Source: Acidobacteriota bacterium | GTDB lineage: Bacteria > Acidobacteriota > Thermoanaerobaculia > Multivoradales > UBA5704 | Direction: 5' to 3' | DNA: 64,000 nucleotides | NCBI GenBank assembly: GCA_040005235.1 | Contig: JBDTZG010000022.1 | Coordinates: 20,319 to 84,318 of the forward strand | In this document: piece by piece, positions 16,934-26,488 of the stretch | Numbering within the stretch: position 1 is the stretch's first letter | Layout of the letters: the number at the start of each line of letters is the position of its first letter | Made by a program: the position numbers and the translations under genes | The notes under the pieces: generated by a model | What the model was told of the DNA's origin: nothing | The model's input: the letters and a program-made list of their open reading frames with translations, nothing else | Databases searched by the model: none

Positions 16934-18154
16934 TTATCCGATGGCTCCGACAACGGCGGGCTTCAAGGTCCGGGCGTCGATCGCGGCGCCTAGGCGGTCG
17001 AAGTCTTCCAGGTCGTTGTAGACCTGGGCGGCGATGCGGATCCAGAGGCGGCCTCCGAGAGCGAAGGGGTTGACCTCAACGTGATCTTCGTAGAGCAGGG
17101 CGTCTTTGAGTGCGCCCGCTTCGGCGCGGGTGGAGCCTAGGGATTCAGGCAGCGGCACCGAGATCATCGTGCCGATCATGGATTCGGGCGTAGTGAGGTC
17201 GGCCTTCGTTCCCCAACGCTCGGCGAGCCGGTGCCCGCCTTTCCAGGCGAGGTCGTGGTTGTAGGTCTGGACCGCTTCGAGCCCGAGGTCGCGAAGGAAG
17301 GCAATCCCTTCGGGGGCCGAGAGGTACGAGGTCGGGTCGTAGGTCGGAATCCATTCGAACTCTTTGAGGAAGCCCTGTTCGAAACCCCAGGACGTGACCG
17401 ACGGGCGCAGACCCTCCTGCCGCTCGGGGGCGGCCCAGAGGATGGCGCAGCCGCGCGGCGCCATGGCCCATTTGTGGAGGTTGGCGACGTACCAGTCGAC
17501 GCCGAGAGACGGGATGTCGACCGGAATCGCCCCCGGGGCGTGGGCGGCATCGACCAGGACGGCGATACCTCGGGAGCGGAGGGCGGCGGCGATTTCGCGG
17601 AGCGGGAGGACCAAGGCCGTCTCCGCGGTGATCGAATCGACCACCGCGAGGCGGGTGCGGGGACCGGTGGCGCGGAGGAACGCATCCACGATGGCGGCAG
17701 GGTCGGGGGGCGGGAACGGCAGATCCAGCGCGCGGACCAGGGCGCCCCGCTCTCGCGCCACGAACTGCGCCGTGCGCGCGACGGCGCCATAGGCGAGGTT
17801 GGCGACCAGGATCTCGTCGCCCGGCCGGAAGTCGAACGAGCGAAGGACCGCGTTGATGCCGGTCGTCGCGTTCTGGACGAAGACGAGATCGGCAGGAGCC
17901 GCGCCGACAAATTCCGCGACCTTTCCGGCCGCCTCCCTCAATCGCGATTGCGGTAGGTCGTGGCGTCCGCTCTCTTCCGACAGCTCCCTCAGAACGAAGC
18001 GCGCCGGCTGGCGCTCCATCTCGTCCCGGAGCTTCTGTTGAAAATCGAGCACCCGCCGCGGGGTGACCCCGACGGTGCCGTGGTTGAGGTAAGTGATCTC
18101 AGGGTCCAGCAGCCAATGGGAGAGGAAGGACCGGCCGAACAAGGGGGCGCTCAT
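16934..18154 (-). CDS. Class V PLP-dependent enzyme (isopenicillin-N epimerase / cysteine desulfhydrase / Egt2-like)
   Basis: YLNHGTVG, NATTGIN, VDAAHAPG and NLHKW (PLP Lys) motifs; no C-terminal catalytic Cys motif. Confidence 0.88.
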   Translation of the reverse strand: MSAPLFGRSFLSHWLLDPEITYLNHGTVGVTPRRVLDFQQKLRDEMERQPARFVLRELSEESGRHDLPQSRLREAAGKVAEFVGAAPADLVFVQNATTGINAVLRSFDFRPGDEILVANLAYGAVARTAQFVARERGALVRALDLPFPPPDPAAIVDAFLRATGPRTRLAVVDSITAETALVLPLREIAAALRSRGIAVLVDAAHAPGAIPVDIPSLGVDWYVANLHKWAMAPRGCAILWAAPERQEGLRPSVTSWGFEQGFLKEFEWIPTYDPTSYLSAPEGIAFLRDLGLEAVQTYNHDLAWKGGHRLAERWGTKADLTTPESMIGTMISVPLPESLGSTRAEAGALKDALLYEDHVEVNPFALGGRLWIRIAAQVYNDLEDFDRLGAAIDARTLKPAVVGAIG

Positions 18155-18182
18155 GGGGGCGACGATAGCGCAGGGCGGAGTG

Positions 18183-18217
18183 AACGAAAACGGAGGGGCC
18201 AGACCCGCGCCCCTCCG
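18183..18217 (-). terminator. Rho-independent terminator after the M56 gene
   Basis: Stem CGGAGGGGC(18191-18199)/GCCCCTCCG(18209-18217), followed by TTTTCGTT on the minus strand. Confidence 0.75.
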
Positions 18218-18238
18218 GTCAGAGTCGATACGTTCTTC

Positions 18239-20440
18239 CTATTGAACGTGCACCAGCGGCGGCTCGGGAGCCTCCGCGGCCTCCGGGGCTTCGGCCGGCT
18301 CGCCGGGTTCGGGCAGTTCGACCACCTCCGGCGCTTCCGGCGCGGGGGCCGGTAGGGCTCGCGGTGCGGTCGTTGGCCGGGCGGGAGGGGCCGGAGCTGC
18401 GACGGGGGCTACGCGGGGCGTCGGCAAAGTAGCGGGTACTCCCGGGATGGGAGCGACCACCGGTACGGGGGCGAACACCGGCCGCGACGGCCGGGGGGCC
18501 CTCAGAATCCGGGGCCGGTTAGCCTGGTCGCGGAGACCTCGCGAATCGCCGCCGAGACTCCGTTCGATGTCCTGCTGGAGGCGCTCCTGCATCTCCTCCA
18601 ATTTCTGCTGCATCTCGCGCTGGATCTTCTCGATTTCGCCGCGATGCTGCTCGACGATCCGGCGGGCTTCCCGCTCGTATTCGCGCGATCGTTCGCGAAT
18701 CTCTTGCATCTCCTCTTCGCTCGGGCGATGCGCCTCGGCCATCCGCCGGGCATCGTCCGCCATGCGCCGTGCGTCATCGGCCGAGGGAGCGAGCTCCCGA
18801 GCGTGGCGCTGGATCTCGGCGATCTCCTCCGGGCTCGGACGCATGTCCTGGGCGGAGCGGCGAATTTCGGCGGCGATCCTTTCCCGATCCTCGTGAGAGA
18901 GCTTCCGATCCGCGAGCCGTGCCGCTTGGGCGGTGAGGCGTTCGAGCGCCTCGCGGTCGAGAACCGTGCGCGCGACCATCGCGTCGATCTCGCCTGCGAG
19001 CTTGGCCCGATCTTCGGCCGACATCTTGAAGTTGCGGCCGAGTTTCGCCATCTCGCGGTCGAATTCCTTGGAATCCCAGCCCTTGCCCATGTCGGCGAGC
19101 TGAGCCATCTCCTCGGCATGCTGACCCAGCTCGCGCTCCTCGTCTTCGGTGAAGACGGGAGGGACATCCTCTCCGCGCGGGGACTCGTGAACGTAGGTCT
19201 CCGGCGGCTGCGGCTTCCGGTAGTCGTCACTACGATCGCGGTCATGATCGGCTTTCGCCTTCGCCGCCTTTTCCCGTGCTGCGACGTGCGGGGTTTTCGG
19301 ATCGTCCTTGCCTCGGGCCGAAACCGCGGGAGCCACGGCGGCGAAAGCCACGAGGACGAGGCCGCAGGTCGGCAGCGCCCAGACCGGCAGGCGACGCGAA
19401 GGCCGGATCTCGCCGAGCAGGCGGCGGATGCGCTGGCCGAGGGGCGAGGAGGATTCCGCCATGCTCGGCACCGGCAGGCGCCGTTCGTGGACCGACCAGC
19501 AAGCGACCTCGGCGAGGCAGCGGGCGAGCGAGAGCGGACGGCCGGTGCGGCCGATCGCCCAATCGTCGGCGAGCAGCTCGGAGAGGTCGTAGAGCTTCCG
19601 CCGTGCGAGCCAGACCAGCGGCTGGAAGAAGAACAGGCTGGCCGCCACCTGGGTGAGATTGAGCGCCGCGGGATCGCGCCGGGCGAGATGCGCCAGCTCG
19701 TGGGCGAGGAGGCTTTCGGCCTCCCGCTCGTCGAGGTGCGAGAGGGCGCGTGGGGGCAGGCAGATCTCGGGGCTCGTGAGCCCAAGGGCGATCGGCACCG
19801 ACAGACGGTGCGCGCAGGTGAGCCGTACGGCGGAGTCGAAGCCCGCCTCAGCCCGCAGGCGGCGAAGGGTGCGGAAGAGCGTGCCGTCGATCACTTCGAG
19901 TCGGGGACGGAGACGCCGGGAGAGCGCGGCGTGCGCGGCGCCCCACCGGACGAGAAGGGCGGCGGCGGCAAGGCCCCAGGCGAGTGCGAGCCAGGTCCAA
20001 GGGGCGGGGCTCGACGCCGCGGTCGGCGACGGAACGGTCGCCTCGACCAGAGGTCCAGAAGTGGTGGAGAGGGATGCGGTCTCGGTGGTGCGAAGCGACA
20101 GGGTCGTCACGGGAGCGTCGACCGACGGTGCCGGTTCCGATTGGACCGCGGCCGGAGCGGCAGCGAGCGCCGGGCCGGTCGGGAACGAGAATGCTCCGCC
20201 GAGCGGCTGCCAACCCGTGGCGATCTGCATCGTGGCGGTGAGGATCGAGCCGAACAGGGCGGCGCGCCAGATCGTCTGTTCGCCGAGCGGGTGACGGCCG
20301 CGCAGCTGCCGGGAAATACCCCAGGCGAGGCCGAGCAGGATCGTGCTGTGGAGCAGGTAGGTCGCGAGCCAGGAGAGTACGCCGGTCGAAATCGACGCCA
20401 GGGCGGGCGAGCTGAGGAGCGGGGGGGCAAGCGGGTTCAT
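18239..20440 (-). CDS. M56-family (BlaR1/MecR1) membrane metallopeptidase with coiled-coil and Pro-rich extracellular part
   Basis: LLAHELAHLARRD...FFFQPLVW...ELLADD; follows a BlaI-like gene. Confidence 0.9.
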   Translation of the reverse strand: MNPLAPPLLSSPALASISTGVLSWLATYLLHSTILLGLAWGISRQLRGRHPLGEQTIWRAALFGSILTATMQIATGWQPLGGAFSFPTGPALAAAPAAVQSEPAPSVDAPVTTLSLRTTETASLSTTSGPLVEATVPSPTAASSPAPWTWLALAWGLAAAALLVRWGAAHAALSRRLRPRLEVIDGTLFRTLRRLRAEAGFDSAVRLTCAHRLSVPIALGLTSPEICLPPRALSHLDEREAESLLAHELAHLARRDPAALNLTQVAASLFFFQPLVWLARRKLYDLSELLADDWAIGRTGRPLSLARCLAEVACWSVHERRLPVPSMAESSSPLGQRIRRLLGEIRPSRRLPVWALPTCGLVLVAFAAVAPAVSARGKDDPKTPHVAAREKAAKAKADHDRDRSDDYRKPQPPETYVHESPRGEDVPPVFTEDEERELGQHAEEMAQLADMGKGWDSKEFDREMAKLGRNFKMSAEDRAKLAGEIDAMVARTVLDREALERLTAQAARLADRKLSHEDRERIAAEIRRSAQDMRPSPEEIAEIQRHARELAPSADDARRMADDARRMAEAHRPSEEEMQEIRERSREYEREARRIVEQHRGEIEKIQREMQQKLEEMQERLQQDIERSLGGDSRGLRDQANRPRILRAPRPSRPVFAPVPVVAPIPGVPATLPTPRVAPVAAPAPPARPTTAPRALPAPAPEAPEVVELPEPGEPAEAPEAAEAPEPPLVHVQ

Positions 20441-20826
20441 TTTGGCTCCTCCTCGTTCGCCCGGGCGGCGATCAGGCCTTGCAGCTCGGAGAGCTCATCG
20501 GACGAGATCGGGTGTTCGGACAGGAGATGGTTGACCAACGCGCCGACATCCCCCCGGAACAGCTGCGAGGTGAGACCCGCGACCATCGAGCGGCGGACTT
20601 CGCCTTCGCTCACCTGCGGAGTGTAGATGAACCGGCGCCCTTCGCTCCGGTGGCCGACGACGCCCTTCTTTTCCAGCTTGGTCAACATCGTGGCGATCGT
20701 CGTCGGGGCGAGTCCGCGCTCGGCTTCGAGCGCTTCGTGGACGTCGGTGACGGTCGCTTCGCCGTGCGCCCACAGCACGCGCAGGATCGCGAGCTGCAGG
20801 TCTCCGAGTTTCTGGGGTGATTCCAT
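20437..20826 (-). CDS. BlaI/MecI/CopY-family repressor
   Basis: LGDLQLAILRVLW...TTIATMLTKLEKKG...GRRFIY winged helix. Confidence 0.92.
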   Translation of the reverse strand: MESPQKLGDLQLAILRVLWAHGEATVTDVHEALEAERGLAPTTIATMLTKLEKKGVVGHRSEGRRFIYTPQVSEGEVRRSMVAGLTSQLFRGDVGALVNHLLSEHPISSDELSELQGLIAARANEEEPK

Positions 20827-20860
20827 GAATCGATCCTCCTCATTGCCACCAACTACCGGC

Positions 20861-20888
20861 ATAGTACTACTACGGTAGTAGATGTCAA
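20861..20888 (-). promoter_or_regulatory. sigma70 promoter with palindromic BlaI-type operator
   Basis: Minus strand TTGACA-N16-TACTAT; spacer holds the inverted repeat CTACTAC-G-GTAGTAG (20867-20881). Confidence 0.8.
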
Positions 20889-20910
20889 TCCCCGTCTCTC
20901 GCCGATTAGA

Positions 20911-22083
20911 TTACGTCAGTTCGAGGAACAGGTTCTCCAGGCGTTCGGCGATCGCCTCCCAGCCATAGGCCTCGCTCCGCTCTCGGGCGCCCCCGGCAAG
21001 CCGCTCCCGCTCGGGCTCATCTTCCAAAAGCCGGGCGAGCGCCGCGGCGAGCGCTTGGGGCTCAGGCGCCGTGCAAATTCCTTCGAGACCTGGGCGCACA
21101 AGCTCGGGCAGAGCGCTCTCGGGCGATTCGCAATAGACGACCGGCAGACCAGCGGCCATCGCTTCGAGAGGGAAGAGGCCGAAACCTTCGCGCGAGGAGG
21201 GCTGCACCGCCACTTTCGCCCGGCCCAAGGCGCGCCAGACTTCGGCGTTGGTCGGCAGATGGCCGAGAAACCGGACGCTTTGAGCGATTCCGAGCGCTTG
21301 CGCCTGCTCCTCCAGCCGTTCGCGCTCCGGCCCGGTGCCGAGGATCGCGAGCAGCGGTTCTGAGGAGTCAGACGCCGAGACCAGAATCTCCACCGCTTCG
21401 AGCAATAGATCCACCCGCTTCTCGCGCAGCAGTCGGCCGGCGTAAATCAACGGCGGAGCGGGTTCGGTGCCCGGTTCGACGGATTCGGAGGCGGCGGCAC
21501 GGATCGCCTCGATCGGAATGCCCACCGGGACCACCGGGACCTCTCCCCCTCGGCGGGATTGGACGCGGTCCGCGGCGAGGCGGCTGTCGGCGATGGCCTT
21601 ATTGCCCAACGGCACGGCGAGGCGCTCGATCGCGGCGTAGGGAAGCCAGCGGAACGGCCCCAAATACTCCCGCCAGTAGGGTCCCCAATATTCGTACCAG
21701 GTGACGACGAGCGGCTTTCGCGACAACCGGCAGCGGAGCGCGAGAGGAAACAGGTGCACGTAGGGGATGTTCGCAGTCTCCACCAAGTCGTAGGGCGAGA
21801 GGTCCATCCGCGCGACCTTGGCCGCGAACCGGAGCGCCTGGCCCGTGCTCCGCTTCCCCGCCGCGCCATAGAGCCGGCCGCGGGGGCCGAGCGGCAGGAT
21901 CTCCACTCCCGGCGCCGGGGCGTCCTTTCCATCGGCGAAACCGGCGAGCGTCACCTTGTGGCCGCGGGCGGCGAGCGCGCGGGCCAGCTCGAAATTTCGA
22001 TGTTCGACCCCACCGACCGAACCGGGGTAGATGCAGTCGTAAAGCAGGAGGATCGAGAGCGAACGTGCGCCGGAGCCGCTCAT
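20911..22083 (-). CDS. Glycosyltransferase family 4
   Basis: GGVEHR, YAGRLLREKRVD and EGFGLFPLEAMAAG motifs. Confidence 0.92.
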   Translation of the reverse strand: MSGSGARSLSILLLYDCIYPGSVGGVEHRNFELARALAARGHKVTLAGFADGKDAPAPGVEILPLGPRGRLYGAAGKRSTGQALRFAAKVARMDLSPYDLVETANIPYVHLFPLALRCRLSRKPLVVTWYEYWGPYWREYLGPFRWLPYAAIERLAVPLGNKAIADSRLAADRVQSRRGGEVPVVPVGIPIEAIRAAASESVEPGTEPAPPLIYAGRLLREKRVDLLLEAVEILVSASDSSEPLLAILGTGPERERLEEQAQALGIAQSVRFLGHLPTNAEVWRALGRAKVAVQPSSREGFGLFPLEAMAAGLPVVYCESPESALPELVRPGLEGICTAPEPQALAAALARLLEDEPERERLAGGARERSEAYGWEAIAERLENLFLELT

Positions 22084-23132
22084 GCGCCGGGCTCCGGTGC
22101 GCCCTCCTTGGGCGTGGGCTCCTCCGAACCCTCATCAAATCGATCCGCCGATCCGGCGAGCGCCGGGATGCCGCGCCGCTTGAGCAGGGCGAAACAGACG
22201 GCGCCCACGGCGACCTGGCCGGCGAGGCCGAGGGCGTGATGGACCAGGCTGAAGCCAAGCAGGGTGGCCGAACGGGCCGCCGGGGTCGCACCCGCGACGT
22301 AGGGCGCAAACAGCAGCACCTGAAGCGCCTGGGCGGTGCCGAGCCCGGAAGGGGTGATCGGCAGCGCCGCGATCAGCACCACGGCGGGCAGGGCGGCGAG
22401 CCCGACGCCGAGCGGGATCTCGATTCCCCAGACCCGGAACGAGCCCCAGAGCACGAGCAGCAGCACCGCCACGTGGGGAATCCGCGCCGCGGTCGCTTTG
22501 AGGTGCCCGAGCAACCCGGCGCGGGCGAGCGTGGCGACCGGTTCCTTTTCGATGTAGGTGGCCATCCAACGCCCGAAGCGGGTGCGCGCGAACAGGCCGC
22601 GGGCGGCGAGAGCGGTGAGATAGGTCTTCACGCCGTAGAGCACGATGCCGATCGCGATGGCGGCCCGCGGGTCCGTCCGTTGAGCGAACGGGTGGGCGAC
22701 CGCCGCCACCAGGGCGAGGGCGATGGCGTTGGTCGCGAGCAGAAAGAGGACCACCCCTGCGCTCCGCGCGGCTTTGACTCCTGTTCGCGCAAGGTAGACG
22801 CCGAGGCCGCCCTGGCCCACCGCGTAGCTCAGCACGTTCAACAGATAGGTCGAGCCGCGCACCAGGAACAGCTCGCCGAACGGGCGCTTGACCCCCGCGG
22901 CGGAGAGCGTCACGCGGGTCGCCCAGGCGTCGGCGGGGAGCACGGCGACCGCTTCGAACAGGGCGTAGAGAGCGAGCCAGGCGACCGGGCCGCGGCCGAC
23001 CGCGGCCAGGACTTCATCGAGCGGAATGCGCCAGAGCAGCAGCGCCAGAACCACCACCGCCGCGAGCCAGGGAAGCCATCGGAGCCAGCGGATCGAGGTA
23101 GAGCGGGGTTTGGCGGTGACGGGCTCGATCAC
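22080..23132 (-). CDS. Lysylphosphatidylglycerol-synthase TM / flippase-like membrane protein (UPF0104)
   Basis: Multi-TM protein with LPITPSGLGT motif. Confidence 0.75.
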   Translation of the reverse strand: MIEPVTAKPRSTSIRWLRWLPWLAAVVVLALLLWRIPLDEVLAAVGRGPVAWLALYALFEAVAVLPADAWATRVTLSAAGVKRPFGELFLVRGSTYLLNVLSYAVGQGGLGVYLARTGVKAARSAGVVLFLLATNAIALALVAAVAHPFAQRTDPRAAIAIGIVLYGVKTYLTALAARGLFARTRFGRWMATYIEKEPVATLARAGLLGHLKATAARIPHVAVLLLVLWGSFRVWGIEIPLGVGLAALPAVVLIAALPITPSGLGTAQALQVLLFAPYVAGATPAARSATLLGFSLVHHALGLAGQVAVGAVCFALLKRRGIPALAGSADRFDEGSEEPTPKEGAPEPGA

Positions 23133-23141
23133 AACCTCGGG

Positions 23142-24290
23142 CTATCTGCGTTGGATCAGCATCAGGCTGACCAGGAAGGAGGCGAAGATCGCCTGCGCTC
23201 CGATCACCATCGAGGTCATGCCGAGGGCGATGCCACGCACCGCCATCAACGGCCCGCGCCCGGCGGTCCACCAGGCGGCGACGATCTCGATCTCGGTGCC
23301 CAAGCCGATCAGGAAGAGGATCCCGCCCACCAACAGACCTTTTTCGAGCGAGAACCAGCGCGGCAATTTCGCCAGCCATTGGCCGGGCCGGGCGAAGCCC
23401 GCGCCCATCGAAAAGGTCTTCGCGATCACGTCGAACATCACCAGGTTGGTGCCCAGGATCAGCGCCAATGCCCCGAACAGGAGAACGTGAAAATCCCAAG
23501 TGCGGCCAAACAGCTCGCGCGGACCGGCGGCGAGCCAGGCGACCAGAGCGCCGCCGAGCAGCATCAGAACGAACCCGGGGAGCTGAAACAGGTACGAGGG
23601 CGAAAACATCAGCATGAACCGGACGTGCCGCCAGGCGTCGCGCACGCCGTTCAATTTCGATTCGCCGATCCGCGGATGGTAGGTGATCGGGATTTCCTCG
23701 ATCGACAGCTGTTCGCGCAGGGCGTTCACGACAAGCTCGGAGGCGAACTCCATGCCGGTGGTGCGCAGGTGCATCTGGTCGTAGGCCTCCCGGGTAAACG
23801 AGCGCATGCCGCAGTGGGAGTCCGAGATGCGGGTCCGGAACAGGAGCTTCAACATTCCCGAGAGGATCGGATTGCCGATCCAGCGGTGCGTCCAGGGCAT
23901 CGCGCCGGGGAGTATCTTGCCGCCCAGCCGCGTGCCCATCACCAGGTCCTTGCCCGCCCGGAGCGGCGCGATGAATCGCGCGATGTCCAGGAAGTCGTAA
24001 GAGTCGTCCGAGTCGCCCATCACCATATAGCGCCCGCGCGCCTCGGCGAAGCCGCGCAGGTAGGCCGAGCCGTACCCCCGCTGCGACTCGTGGACCACGC
24101 GAGCACCGGCCCGCTCCGCAATCTCGGGCGAGCCGTCGGTCGAACCGTTGTCAACCACCACGACCTCGCCCGAAGCCCCCATCGCGGCGAGTGCGCGGAG
24201 CGCCTTTTCGACACAGATCCCTACCGAACCCGCCTCGTTCAGGCAGGGCATGACGACGGAGATTTCGATCGATTCGACAGGTGACGACAA
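23142..24290 (-). CDS. GT2 polyprenol-phosphate glycosyltransferase (DPM synthase-like) with C-terminal TM helices
   Basis: VVMPCLNE, VVDNGSTDGS, MGDSDDSY, DSHCGMR and RIGESKL motifs. Confidence 0.9.
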   Translation of the reverse strand: MSSPVESIEISVVMPCLNEAGSVGICVEKALRALAAMGASGEVVVVDNGSTDGSPEIAERAGARVVHESQRGYGSAYLRGFAEARGRYMVMGDSDDSYDFLDIARFIAPLRAGKDLVMGTRLGGKILPGAMPWTHRWIGNPILSGMLKLLFRTRISDSHCGMRSFTREAYDQMHLRTTGMEFASELVVNALREQLSIEEIPITYHPRIGESKLNGVRDAWRHVRFMLMFSPSYLFQLPGFVLMLLGGALVAWLAAGPRELFGRTWDFHVLLFGALALILGTNLVMFDVIAKTFSMGAGFARPGQWLAKLPRWFSLEKGLLVGGILFLIGLGTEIEIVAAWWTAGRGPLMAVRGIALGMTSMVIGAQAIFASFLVSLMLIQRR

Positions 24291-24341
24291 GGAGAAAACC
24301 TCGAAAGTCGGGTCTTGACGCGGGCGGATGATAACAGGGCT

Positions 24342-25499
24342 CTATCGTTCCAGAAACAGCGCCTCGTACCGTCCGGCGATCGTGCGCCAGGTGAACCGAT
24401 CCTCCACCAACGCGCGGGCGCGCCGGCCGGTCTCGTGCAATCGGGCGTCGTCGTGGATCAAAGCCCCGAGCGCCGCGGCGAGGGCCGCGGCGTCCCTTGG
24501 TGGCACCAGAACCCCCGCGCTCCCGGCGTCGATGTCGCGCGCCATGCCGACAACCGGGGTGGTGAGCACCGGCCGGCCGCAAGCCATGGCTTCGAGGAGG
24601 ACGAGGCCGAAGCCCTCCTGGCTGCCGTCGGTCGAGGGGAGCGCGAACAGGTGGCAGGCGCGGAAGAATTCGACCAGATCGGCGTGCGGCACGAAGCCGA
24701 GGAAATCGACTTGATCGGCCACCCCCAGCTCCGAGGCGAGCGCGCGGTAGCGGGGCAGCTCTTCGCCCGAGCCGCCGACGCGCAGCCGGATCGGGTGGCC
24801 GTTCAAGGAGTTGGGGCCGGCGTTCTTCAAGATCGCAAGCGCTTGGAGCAGCTCGTCGAGCCCCTTGTAGCGGTGGTGGCGGTCGAGCAGGGCGAGGAAG
24901 CCGACGATCCGCTCGGGACCTGGGGGAAACGGCGCGGGCGAAAACGCTTTGGCGTCCACCCCCCAGGGGATGTGCTCGATCTTTCGCCGGAACGGCCGCA
25001 GATGGGGAGAAAAGGCGCCGTAGCCGGGATTCGAGGTGACGATCCGCGTCGAGCGCCGGAGCAGCCGCGGCAAAAACCACCGGTTGTAGGCCGCGCCGAT
25101 CGCTCCTTTGAGCCCCGGCCCCACCAGGTCGTTGTTGTAGGAAAGGATGAGCGGGAGCTTCTTTTCTTCGGCGACTTTGCCCGCCGCGTCCGCGAACCAG
25201 GCGGTCGGCATGTGGGTGTGGATGACGTCCGCCTCTTCGCGGCGGAGCGCGTCGAGAAGGCCCCAGGAGAGGTTGGTGTTGCCGATTTTTCCCCGGTACG
25301 GGAGCCGCACGACCTCGATACCGTCCACCTCGGCCGGTCCGCCGGCCGGCTCGTCGGCGCAGACCACCCGGACTTGATGCCCTTTCCTGACCAGCTCGCG
25401 GCTCAAATGGAGGACGGTGTTTTCAACCCCGCCGACGTAAGGGAAGAACCGGACGACGACCTCCAAAATGCGCAGCGCTCGTTCGGCCTCACCCCCCAT
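24342..25499 (-). CDS. Glycosyltransferase family 4
   Basis: PYVGGVE, YKGLDEL and EGFGLVLLEAMACG motifs. Confidence 0.92.
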   Translation of the reverse strand: MGGEAERALRILEVVVRFFPYVGGVENTVLHLSRELVRKGHQVRVVCADEPAGGPAEVDGIEVVRLPYRGKIGNTNLSWGLLDALRREEADVIHTHMPTAWFADAAGKVAEEKKLPLILSYNNDLVGPGLKGAIGAAYNRWFLPRLLRRSTRIVTSNPGYGAFSPHLRPFRRKIEHIPWGVDAKAFSPAPFPPGPERIVGFLALLDRHHRYKGLDELLQALAILKNAGPNSLNGHPIRLRVGGSGEELPRYRALASELGVADQVDFLGFVPHADLVEFFRACHLFALPSTDGSQEGFGLVLLEAMACGRPVLTTPVVGMARDIDAGSAGVLVPPRDAAALAAALGALIHDDARLHETGRRARALVEDRFTWRTIAGRYEALFLER

Positions 25500-26361
25500 A
25501 GACGACCCAGACGACCGCCAGCCCCCAGAGCGCGATGTTGATCAGGAACGGCGGGTCGCGCAGGATCGCATCGGTCGGGCTTCGCCGGTCGGCGAGCTGG
25601 TACATCAGATAGAGGTAGCGGAAGATCCCGAAGAGCACCAGGGGCACGGTGTAGACCAGGTGCTCCGAGTGGTACTTCTCGACCGTCTCCGGCGACACGG
25701 CATAGAGCGCGTAGGAGACGACGGTCGAGGCGGTGACCACGTTGATCATCTGATCGAGGAACGCCGGGCTGTACTGGTCGAGCACCCGCCGCTGCTCGGA
25801 GGCGTTTTCCTGCATCAGGATGATCTCGTGGCGGCGCTTGGAAAACGCAAGGAACAGAGCCACGAAGATCGTGCAGAGGAGCAGCCAGGACGAAACGACG
25901 ACGGGTACGGCGCGGGCGCCCGCCTCGACGCGAAGGACGAAGCCGAGGGCGATCGACATGACGTCCAGGATCACCATCCGCTTGAACCAGCCGGTGTAGA
26001 GGACGTTGAGCAGAAGGTAAGCGCCGAGGATCCACGAGAACCCGGGTCCCAAAAAGAACCCGATCGCCGCCGCGCCGACCACCAGGGCGATCAGGGCTAC
26101 GACCGCAGCCGGAGCCCCGAGAGCACCCGATGCGAGGGGCCGGTCTTTCTTCAGCGGATGGCGCCGATCCTCCTCCCGGTCGCGCAGGTCGTTGCCCAGG
26201 TAGACCGCGCTCGACGCGAGGCAGAATGCCACCAGGGCGAGCAGGCCGTGCTGAACCGCGAGCGGGTCGCCCAACCGGCGGGCGAAGACCAAGGGGGCCA
26301 AGACGAACGAGTTCTTCGCCCATTGGGCCGGACGGAGGGATTTGATCAAAGGGAGGATCAT
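25489..26361 (-). CDS. UbiA-family decaprenyl-phosphate phosphoribosyltransferase
   Basis: LRPAQWAKN, YLGNDLRDREEDRRHPLKKDRPLASG and FSKRRHE motifs. Confidence 0.9.
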   Translation of the reverse strand: MILPLIKSLRPAQWAKNSFVLAPLVFARRLGDPLAVQHGLLALVAFCLASSAVYLGNDLRDREEDRRHPLKKDRPLASGALGAPAAVVALIALVVGAAAIGFFLGPGFSWILGAYLLLNVLYTGWFKRMVILDVMSIALGFVLRVEAGARAVPVVVSSWLLLCTIFVALFLAFSKRRHEIILMQENASEQRRVLDQYSPAFLDQMINVVTASTVVSYALYAVSPETVEKYHSEHLVYTVPLVLFGIFRYLYLMYQLADRRSPTDAILRDPPFLINIALWGLAVVWVVYGG

Positions 26362-26488
26362 GTTCGGGGAGGGCTCCGGGAGCGAACCCGCATTCTATGG
26401 CCCGGAGCATGGCTCGAACCAGGCGATCGAGCTATTCTCCCGCGGCAGCCCTTCCGTCAGGGATTCAGCCACGAAACGAGAGCCGCCC

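Noticed and set aside
15690-17073. Long ORFs through the 21-bp array (15690-16547, 15928-17073, 15956-16993, 15935-16339)
   Set aside because: They are open only because the repeat lacks stops. The periodic peptide switches frame at the 20-bp units, and the longer ORFs overlap real TA genes and selC.
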